Positions 53,889 through 64,000 of a stretch of DNA of 64,000 nucleotides are shown piece by piece. The stretch is taken from positions 55,058,001-55,122,000 of the forward strand of contig NC_058368.1 of assembly GCF_018350175.1 (NCBI RefSeq), in the 5' to 3' direction. Both the position numbers and the translations under genes were made by a program. Source of the stretch: Felis catus. Taxonomy: Eukaryota. Numbering within the stretch: the first letter of the stretch is position 1; every line of letters starts with the position of its first letter. The notes beneath the pieces are model-generated. The model was not told the origin of the DNA. It made no database searches and saw only the letters and a program-made list of their open reading frames with translations.

Positions 53889-56216
53889 GTTGGAGGAAAA
53901 TATACAACCTCATTCTCACCTGATAAATATATATTTCAATGAGCCATTTAATTTGTTTTCTATTAAAACCAAACATACTAGAAATGATGGCAACAAAAAT
54001 AACAGTTAAATCAGTCAATTGGACATGTTTATGAGATTAATGTGGGATGGCTGAAATTCTTTATGATGATTTGTAGATTTACTCACATTGGCAGAAAATC
54101 CATTTCAATATTAACTAATTATTTATTCAATTACCTCAACCTTAATTTATTCAGATTGGCAGAAACTTTGTTTCAACCTTTCCTTCAGTAATATTGATTA
54201 AAATGTATGAAAACTTTAAAATTGGTTTCCAGAAATAAGTTTTCAATGGTGTCATAAGTTTTAAGTATGTATTTTATTAGAAATGACAGAACATGTGACT
54301 TCTTTATACTTGCAAAGCACTCTCCACTGGATTCCAAAGTATTTTTAATTCTGGTAGTTGTTTTGATTTCTTTCCTATCTTATTTAGTATTCACATGTTG
54401 CTTTTGGAGCCCTAAGACTTAGAAACTGGGTAGAAACATCACTTGGGGGAGTTGATGAACCACAAATCAGAAATTCCATGACAGAGAAATTGTCATCTAA
54501 CAAGAAAGAATAGGGAATAGACTAAAGGAGGGGTAAATTAGGACCTAACAGTTTTGAGGAAGAAACTCAAATTCAGGACAAGGGTGCTGTTTCATTGGCA
54601 GGATAATACACATTACACAACAAATCTGGGCTGAGATATTTTTAGGTTATCTCTGGCTTATGGTAAAACATAAGATGGAAACTGCAAGTTATCTCTTGGA
54701 CACACTTCTTTTGGGGATCCAGTTTTTGGGCATTGGGTTCTACATAAAATTAGTCCCACATTCAATTTCCAAAATGATTTTGAGAAGTTTCTTCAATTTC
54801 ATGATTTTTTAGTCTGTATGATATCTTTCTGCCCCTGTTCCAAATGCATAAGTTGATTTGAGATGTTTGATTCTGTAATTACACCTTATTCCAAGTATTC
54901 CAAACCACATTTTTGACTTTTAAATTATTCTTGTCCTTTGATTTCTTAAAATATTTATTCTCATATGTTTGAAATGGTCTTTATGTTTAGTATAGACTAT
55001 ATTAGCATCTTTAAATTAACATGAAACAGGATACTCCTAGAAAATAACTTTTGCTTCACCTATTGGAAAGCAAAAATATTTCTTTTCCTAAAGCTATGCC
55101 TTTTTCCCTAAAGCTATGCCTTCCTAAAGCTATGTCAATTTAGTTTATTTTAAATAAACAGCTGCTTTTCCAAATTTAACAGACTTTTCTGAAGGATAGT
55201 CAAAATAAGGCGATTAAAAACTTTGGGGGATTCAGTCATCATGACTTAGTTCATCAAACAGCCAAAGGTCTTTGCAGAAAACAATCATAGTAAGCAAATA
55301 AGTAAGCCTCATAATATAAATTTGGTTTATCCTGAGGAGTGCCGATTTTTCCCAACGGCTCATTTCAAAATTAGAATAAGTTAGCTAAATGAAAGCAAAA
55401 CTTACAAACAAAAGCAATAGCGACAGTTTTCATAATGGATTATCACTTATTGATTTCCTCTGAATTATAGTCGGTATGATTTGATTGATATCTGTTTCTA
55501 TGTGAAGACACTTTTGTTGCCATACCACAGTTAACATAATAGAGGGTCATCGTAACTATCATAGGATATTCACGGGGTTCCATCAGTGCCACCACCTCCT
55601 GTTCATAGGAAAACCATGCTCTAATCACATTTTTCCTTGTTGCTCTGGGAATGTTCTGGACCTTTTCTGGACCTTTCCAAAGTGTTTTGTAGTTCCCTTA
55701 ATACTCCATGACAACTTTTTTTTTTTTTTTAACTACTCTGTCTCGAGTAAATTGTTATGTTACTGTCAATGGAAACAGGAGCTTTGCAGACAAATACCAT
55801 TGCAGGAGCATTGGTTCTACTGATGACTGCTCTGAAAATATATTTATTTGGAGAGCCAAGCCTTTGGTCTACTTTATGTAGAAGCTGCTGGTATCAGTGC
55901 TGCTGAGGTTGGTGATACGGTCTCTTTTAGTTTGCAGGTCCTTGAAAAATGACCACCTTCCATGTTTCTAGATCTTTACCTGAAGCCCTTATTAATATTT
56001 CATAGTGGGTTTTCTGTCATTTTATCATTATTTGAATGAATTTATGCTATATTCACGATAAAAGCATCTCATCAGTTATATTTGTTGCAAACAGCTTCTC
56101 CCCTCTTTGTCTTGCTTTTTAATTTGTTTCTTTTAATGAAATGAAGTTGTTAATTTTAATGTAGCCATTTGTCAATATTTTTCTTAATGTTTCTGTTTTG
56201 TTTTTTGTTTTATACA

Positions 56217-56385
56217 CTTTTTTTAGTTTATTTATTTTGAGAGAGAAAGCACATGCATGCACACATGCAAGCAGCGGATGGGCAGAGAGAGATGGAGAGA
56301 GAGTGAAACCCAAGCAGGGACTTGATCTCATGCCCGTGAGATCATGACCTGAGCGTAGGTCAAGGCTTAGTCACCCAGGTGTCCC
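56217..56385 (-). mobile_element. Can-SINE (diverged)
   Basis: gtgagatcatgacctgagc...cacccaggtgtccc. Confidence 0.88.
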
Positions 56386-56727
56386 TATATTTTTAATAAA
56401 CTTTGATTTGGGAATAATTTTAGACTCACAGAAAAGTTACAAAGATAGTACAGAGTTCCTGTATACCCTACATTCAACTTCTCTTTTTTTAAATATAAAT
56501 TTCCATCTGCTTTATTGATAAAGTAACAAATTACTATAAGTCAACAATACTGAAAATACAATCAATCCAGGCCTATTTTGCTCACTTGAGTTTGCCAGGA
56601 TTTGTATCTGAAAAATACCAGCAGACCCTTCTAGAAAGTTATACTGTCTCTGTATATGCCAAACTAGACTGACACAGTCCACTCTATTGCATTTTTGACA
56701 TACTCCAATGGGTGTTCCCTCTGCACA

Positions 56728-58571
56728 TTTTTTTTCAAATTTTTAGTTAAATTCTACTTAGCTAACATACAGTGTAATATTGGTTTCAGGAGTAGAATTT
56801 AGTAATTCATCATTTTCATGCTCATCACAACAAGGGCCCTCCTTAATTCCCATCACCCATTTAGCCCATCCCCTGTTCACCTTCCTTCATCAATCCTGTT
56901 TGTTCTCTATAGTCCAGAGTCTCTTATGGTTTGCCTTCCTCTCTTTATTTTTCCTTTCCCCTATGTTAATCTGTTTTGTTTCTTAAATTCCATATATGAA
57001 TGAAATAATATGGTATTTGTCTTTCTCTGACTGACTTATTTCACTTAGCGAAATACACCCTAGTTCTGCCCACACTGTTGCAAATGTCAAGATTTCATTA
57101 TTTTTGATGGCTGAGTAACATTCTATTGTGTACATATATCACCTCTTTTTTATCCATTCATCAATCAATGGACATTTAGGCTCCTTCCATAATTTGACTA
57201 TTGTTGATAATGTTACTATAAATATCAGGGTGCATGTGCCCCTTCAAATCAATATTTATGTATGCTTTGGGTAAATATCTAGTAGTACAATTGCTGGGTC
57301 ATAGGGTAGTTCTATTTTTAACTTTCTGAAGAACCTCCATACTGTTTTCCACAGCAGCTGCACCAGTTTGCGTGCCCACCAACAGGGTAAGAGGGTTCTC
57401 CTTTTTCCACATCCTCATTGACATCTGTTGTTTCCTGTATTGATTTTAGCCATTCTTAACAGGTGTGAGATGGGATCTCACTGTGGTTTTGATTTGTATT
57501 TCCCTGATGATGAGTGATGTTCAGCACCTTTTCATGTGTCTGTTGGCCAATATGGATGTTTTCTTTGGAAAAATGTCTATTCATATCTTCTGCCCATTTC
57601 TTCACTCGATTATTTGTTTTTTGGTGTTGATTTTGATAAGCTCTTTATAGATTTTGGTTACTAACCCTTTATAAGATGTGCCATTTATAATTATCTTCTC
57701 CCATTCTGTAAGCTACCTTTTAGTTTTGTTGATTGTTTCCTTCACTGTGTAGAAGCTTTTTATCTTGATGAAGTCCCAATAGTTCATTTTTGCTTTTGTT
57801 TCCCTTGCCTTCAGAGATGTGTCTAGTAAGAAGTTGCTATGGATGAGGTCAAAGGGGTACTGGATTGCGTTCTCCTCTAGGACTATTATGGTTTCTTGTC
57901 TTACATTTAGGCCATTCATTCATTTTGAATTTATTTTTATGTATGGTGTAAGAAAGTGGTCCAGTTTCATTCTTCTGAATGTTGCTATCCAGTTTTCCTA
58001 ACACCATTTGTTGAAGAGACTGTTTTTTTTTTTTCCATTGGATAGTCTTTCCTGCTTTATGAAGATTAGTTGACCATATAGTTGTGGGTCTATTTCTGGG
58101 TTTTGTATTCTGCTACATTGATCTATGTGTCTGCTTTTGTGACCATACCATACTATCTTGATGACTACAGCTTTGTAATATGATATGAAGTCCAGAACTA
58201 TGGTGCCTCCAGTTTTTCTTTTTCAAGATTGCTTTAGCTATTCAGGGTCTTTTGTGGTTCCATACAAATTTCAGGATTGTTTTTTCTAGGTCTTGAAAAA
58301 TGCTTGTGTTATTTTGAGGGGGATTGCATTAAATGTGTAGATTGCTTTTGGGTAGTATAGACATTTTTTGACAATATTTGCTCTTCCAATCTATGAGCAT
58401 GGAATGTTTTTCCATTTCTTTGTGTCATCTTTAATTTCTTTCATAAATGTTTTATAGTTTTCAGAATACATATCTTTTACCTCTTTGGTTAGATTTATTC
58501 CTAGGTATCTTGTTTTGGGTACAATTGTAAATGGGATTGATTCCTGGATTTCTCTTTCTGCTGCTTCATTA
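56728..58571 (-). mobile_element. 5'-truncated carnivore LINE-1 (ORF2 C-terminus plus 3' UTR)
   Basis: Minus-strand peptide KARETKAKMNYWDFIKIKSFYTVKETINKTKR is L1 ORF2-like; carnivore L1 3' UTR with poly-T at 56728. Confidence 0.95.
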
Positions 58572-58626
58572 ATTTTTCTTAATTTTTCTAATTTTCTAAG
58601 TTTCAGTTAAGAAGTTTTTCCTAGTA

Positions 58627-58825
58627 GGGGTGCCTGGGTGGCTCAGTCAGTTAAGCATCTGACTCTTGTTTTCAGCTCAGGTCATGATCTCATGGTTTGT
58701 GAGTTAGAGCCCTGCATCTGGCTCCACACTTACAGTGTGGGGTCTGCTTGGGATTCTCTCTCTTTCCCTCTCTCTCTTCCCCTCCCCTGCTCTGTCTCCC
58801 TCTCAAAATAAATAAACTTAAAAAT
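58627..58825 (+). mobile_element. Can-SINE
   Basis: Typical head, body and tail. Confidence 0.95.
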
Positions 58826-59121
58826 TTTTTTTCCTACTCTAAGTTTATGAATATATACTCTGATATGAAAGTTTTATTACCTCTCTTTCACATTTAGATA
58901 TAACAACAAAAAAGGAAATAATTTAAGTGAATGGAAGGAGGTAGGCTTTAAATTTTAATCATTTTATATACAGCTATCTAGTAGATCCAGCATCATTTAA
59001 AGTAATCTTTCCTCAGCACTGCAATACTACCTTTGTGTTAAATGAAATGAGTCTATTTTTTTAATTCACTATCCCGATCCATGAACTTTCTTGCTTATCT
59101 TTTAGGGAATAAAAAAAAGCA

Positions 59122-59977
59122 CAGTAAAACCCTGGTTTGCGATCATAATTTGTTCCAGAAATATACTTGTAATCCAAAGCACTCGTACATCAAAGTGAAT
59201 TTCCCCATAAGAAATAATGGAAACTCAGATGATTCTTTCCACAACCCAAAAATATTCCTATAAACATGATTACAATACTGTAATATAATACAAAATAATA
59301 AAGAAAATGCAAAATATAAAGAAAAAGAAACATATTAACCTGCATTGACTTTTGAAAACTTTTGTGGCTGTTGTGAGGGAGACAAGAGAGAGGAGTTAGT
59401 GTTAGGAGTTATTGTGTAGGGCAATTTTCACTACCACTAACAGAATCACTGCTATATGTTGGCTCATTAGAATCTTTTCTGCATGGAGGCCATAGCATAC
59501 ACTCACACAGATGATGACTACAGTACAATATTATAAACTCTTGTCATATACTATATTTGACAATAAGGCAGACAGGAAAGGGCTTATATCTATAGGCAAC
59601 CCTACCTAGAATAAAGCAAATAATTCCTAACCTTACTCTTATATGGAAAAGCAAAGGACTGCCCATAGGTGCTTTGAAGTGACAAAATATGCACTAGTGC
59701 CAGATGTGGGCACCTTCCAAAGTTCTGAAAAATCACTGATTTCTGCCAAACACCATGGCCTCAGGCCAAGCATCCCAGCATGGGAAACGATCACCCACCA
59801 TCCTTCAGTGAGAGAGAGAAGAACCATTGGCTCAGTTGTGATCTTCTGATGTTCGGTGTCACATACTACTCGTATTTCAAGACATTGCTCTTTTATCAAG
59901 TTAAAATTTATTAGAAATATTTGCTCATCTTATGGAACACTAACAGAACAAGTTACTCACAATCCAAGGTTTTACTG
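59122..59977. mobile_element. Non-autonomous Tigger-type (TcMar) DNA transposon
   Basis: TIRs CAGTAAAACCCTGGTTTGCG and (reverse complement) CAGTAAAACCTTGGATTGTG; TA at the right flank, CA at the left. Confidence 0.85.
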
Positions 59978-60039
59978 TACTTTACTAATGTTGTTTTTAA
60001 CAACTCATCTGGCAGAGTGAGTATCCCTTTTTTGGTCAT

Positions 60040-61320
60040 CTTTACATCTTTTTACTGTTCTTGGTAACTTGAATTTTCATATATATTTTAGAATCAACTT
60101 GTTAATTTATCAAAAAAAGTGAGGGGAAACTTCCAAAGGTTTGATTGGATTTACATGAATTTATACATCAATAGATCAATTTAGGAAAATGTATCCTTTA
60201 ATTATTTGAAGTCCTCCAATTCAAGAAAATATATTATATGCCTTCATTTGCTGGCATCTTCTTCAATATAGAAGAAAAATAAAGATTTTTTACATATATT
60301 TTTGATTAATTCTTAGATATTTAATGACTTTTAATTTTATTCTGTTATAGTTTACTCTGTATAATTGATTTCATTTCATATAAATACAACTGATTTTTCA
60401 TTTTGCAGTTACATATTGATTTTAGTATATTGATTTCACATCCAAGTACATTGCTAAATTTACTTATGAAGTGATAATTTATTTGCAGACTCTTTTGATA
60501 TGGCATATACACAAATGTGTCATCTGTAAATTATTAAAGCTGTATTTCCTTATTTTCACTTCTTATTCTGTTTAATATTTTTGTCTTATCTATTGGCTAG
60601 GACCTTCCATACAATATTGAATGAACGCAGTGGAAATTAATGATCATTTCTCATTTCTGATCTCAAGAAAAGTGAGTTAAGCATTTCTGATTAAGTGTAA
60701 TGTTTACTGTATATTTTATGTATATACTTTTTATTTGAATACAGAATTTCTACTCTAAAATTTCTAAGTATTTTAATCACAAATAAATATTGAGTATTAT
60801 CAACTGTCTCATCTGTATTGGTTAAGGTACACTGTCTGTATTGTTTAGTTGTTATAATTGTTTCTTCTCTCTCTTTATTTGGTTAATATAGTATATTTGG
60901 TTGATATAGCGCATTTTTTGTTATTTGAGGGACTTATACTGAAGTGCACAAATCCTAGATCTACAACTCAGTGAAATACTCATGCACTTAACAACTCTAT
61001 GTAACCAGTATGTAAGTTAAGAAAAACTGCACTAAACCCCTATTCCCTCTGATGTTTCTTCACAAATTATGTTAACTTATAACTCCATGTATTAATTTTG
61101 TCTGCTTTGAACATTATGTAAATTGAGTCACATATGTGTACTCTTTTTTACCCGCCTTTGTAAATGTAAAAATTATTTTCTTAGGTTCATTTCTATTGAT
61201 GCACATAGTTACAACTTGTACAATCAATTTCACGAGTATTTTATGTGTAAATCCCCATAATTTACTATCTTTTCTGCTATGATGATCACTGGGTTTCCAG
61301 TTTGAGTAGTATTATAAACA
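60040..61320 (-). mobile_element. Ancient L1 (L1ME-like) fragments
   Basis: tattttagaatcaacttgttaattt; ttggctaggaccttccatacaatattgaat. Confidence 0.7.
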
Positions 61321-61545
61321 GAACTATTATTATAAATAGTACTGGGTGGCATGACTATAATAGTACTGGATTCCAAAGACTTGTTTCTTTCCAGAATTTA
61401 TCCTGCTATTTATAAGCCTGTTCATGGGAGCCATATTAAATGCCAGTCTATGTCTTTCAGATTAATCTGAGTGAACAGTGAAGTGGAATAATGATGGAAA
61501 TAATTTTCAGAAGACATGATGATGCAGACATGAGGGGTATGTATT

Positions 61546-62010
61546 GTTGTAGACAATCCACCATGGTATTTCTACATATTTGGGGGGAAGATTTCATTTC
61601 ACACTATCTTCAAGGGGGTTTGCCTAGCAAACAACATCAGAAGATACAACATCTTCCACTCTGGTAGAAAGAACAATGGTTTCCTTTATTTCTTGATTAA
61701 TAAAAATAGTGTCTCTCTCTAGAGCAAAAGCTCAACAGGTTTTCTTGCAGCTTTGTTATAAGAGTAGGGGTTTTCTAAGCTGGGGTTCCTCAGCCGTGAA
61801 ACAAATTCCGTGTTTGTGTAGCATCTACCTGGGCCCATTTCAGCACCATCCCCATGGAATTTGTGGAAAATGGGGAGTAAATTGGATATGAACATAAAGC
61901 TCATGCTGCCTGCCCTTCACTCTAATAAAGTTCATTATTTTGGAGTGAAGAATCTCGTGTTTGCTGATAGCATCCGTGAAGTTGAGGCACACTAATTTGT
62001 TAATTTGCAT
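61546..62010 (+). mobile_element. Old ERVL-type solo LTR (MER68/76/77-like)
   Basis: gtgtctctctctagagcaaaag...ttataag...ctggggttcctcag...ctcatgctgcctgc...ctaataaag. Confidence 0.6.
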
Positions 62011-64000
62011 CATCTCATACGTTTCATGATTTTTGACATATATCTTTGTTTCAGAAAGTTATTTTTTGGCTCACCTTCTAGTTTACTAACACTCTTTTCA
62101 CCAGTATCTAATCTGATATTCAATGCATCTACTGAGTTTTTAACTTCACTTATTGTAATTCTTGGCTCTAATTACACTTGTGTTCTCATTTTTTTTGTCT
62201 TTTAGTTTCTTAAGCATCCTAATCATTGCTTATTTTAAAGTCTGTGATTGGTACCTCCATTATCCATACTCTTTATGGGTCAATGCTTTCAGCCAGTTGT
62301 TTCTCTTGGTTTTCATTCACATTCTGTTCCTCATATACCTGATTAATTCTGATCAAGTTCTTGCCATATTATATTGTACCTTATTAAGATAATTTGAAGC
62401 TCTGGATTATGTACATTTTATCCACAGAGAATTTATCTTTGCTTCTGGCAATGTTACAAAATTGAGAGTATCTGAAAGTAACTCTAGCTTTAGTGAAGTC
62501 TTGTTTCTTTCCAGTTCATGTTTATTCCTTTGTTGTAGATGTTTGAGGGCCCATTCCAAATTCTATGGATTTTTTTTCCAGATGGACTTCAACTCCAAAC
62601 TTGTCCTTTTAAGTCCACGAGTCTGTGGAAAGCTTTGCTCAGCTTCCTAGCCTCTCAGCTACCGCTTCCAAATCATTGTGCTTTTTCTAAAAGACAAAAG
62701 GTCCCAAATGTCTATTTCATCCATTTATTCTTCTCTGCTCTCCCCGACTGATTTCACAATTTCTCACTGCCTTGTTCTTCTCTAATGCCTTTTTTTCTTG
62801 GTTCAATAAGTAGTTGTTTTCAGTGAAGAGTTATTTCACACCATCTAGCCCATCATTACCAGAAGCAGAAATTCTTCAACCTTTTTAAATCCAATTTATT
62901 TATCTCATCTTATTCTTCCCTAAAAATGTAATATTTCCCAGTAGAGCAGTGTGTCAATCACTTACATTTCTTTTGGTTCTTCCCTAACTGTCCTAGAGTG
63001 ATATTCAGTCATGTCTGCATCCTAGCATGTTCAGGAAATGTAGGTTTATGCAGCTTTACATTAATTATGAAATATTGTATATATAAAAATATAAATACCA
63101 TATGGATATAAATGTGGCATATATTTAAGGCAAGACCTTAAAATACAACAGCAAGATCATACTACAAATCTCTTCTCAAACTCTGCAAAATTATCATGGT
63201 ATTTTACCAAGAAAACCAAGTACTAAGAAAGAGGAAAACTAATATATTTCAGAGATCAGAAAAGAATGTTTCTGAGTTAACACTATTCCCTAGGGATCCA
63301 TCCAGAATAACAAAGTTGTCAATTGTCAATAAAGACTTATAAAAGGCAAGTTATATAAAAAGAAATTTACTTGGAATGAATACACATTTGACTTACTGAA
63401 GTCTTGAACCTATCTCATTATACAAGCAAGCTTTAGGTGAAAACTGTAAAAGATAACATTATGGAATTGTTATGATGACCTTATCATTACATTGAATCTC
63501 TTTTCTGAGGGGTAAAGGATTTTATGGTAAGTTAAGTCCCTGGAGCAGTTTCTTCCTTCTCACTACCAAAATAGTTTACCAAAAGTAATTACATATCCTT
63601 GTCTGAATCATAGGAATTTAGAGCCTTTTAGTGAGGATGGTAATTGTTATATAAACCAAATAAATAATTTTAGTCTATACTAAAATCTAAGAAGTCTTTG
63701 ACAATGACAGTACATTAACCCATAATTGTAGCTTCTGTTCTAGAGATCTTTCTGGAGCAAATCAATCCATTTGCTATCAACTCATGTCGCATTGTTGATA
63801 TGGCAGTGTTCCCTTTATCATCATAAACATGAAATATCATAATCAGTCCATTTAACCCTACTAGGTACCTACTAGTACACCAATTTATTTCAACATCTTT
63901 CCTCAGGGGCCGGTCATTTCTCAAACTTGGTGCCATTTCTTAGTCTGCAGGGATCTCTAGTGTCTCCTCTTTCCAAAGGACATCAACACATGGACCCACG

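Noticed and set aside
63715..63936. 73-aa minus-strand ORF at the window end
   Set aside because: No recognisable homology; its start overlaps a MER5-like terminus (tttctcaaacttgg).

Overview
This is AT-rich mammalian genomic DNA. The tRNA-derived Can-SINEs are of the cat SINEC_Fc type, which points to a felid. The window looks intergenic or intronic and is dominated by repeats: about 26 Can-SINEs, several L1 fragments, MaLR/ERV solo LTRs, MIR/L2 relics and an intact-ended Tigger-type DNA transposon. I recognise no protein-coding gene; the supplied ORFs are repeat-derived or chance. Three things stand out. (1) A CpG-rich, promoter-like block at about 18.17-18.96 kb carries ETS, RFX, E-box and BANP-like motifs and a candidate two-exon minus-strand transcript, and it splits two nearly colinear L1 pieces. 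(2) A 149-bp CpG-retaining, hairpin-containing segment is duplicated at 148/149 identity 1.19 kb apart. (3) There is a probable L1 3' transduction at 56.5-56.7 kb. The sequence alone does not establish a new biological system. Repeat subfamily names were assigned by eye and boundaries are approximate.
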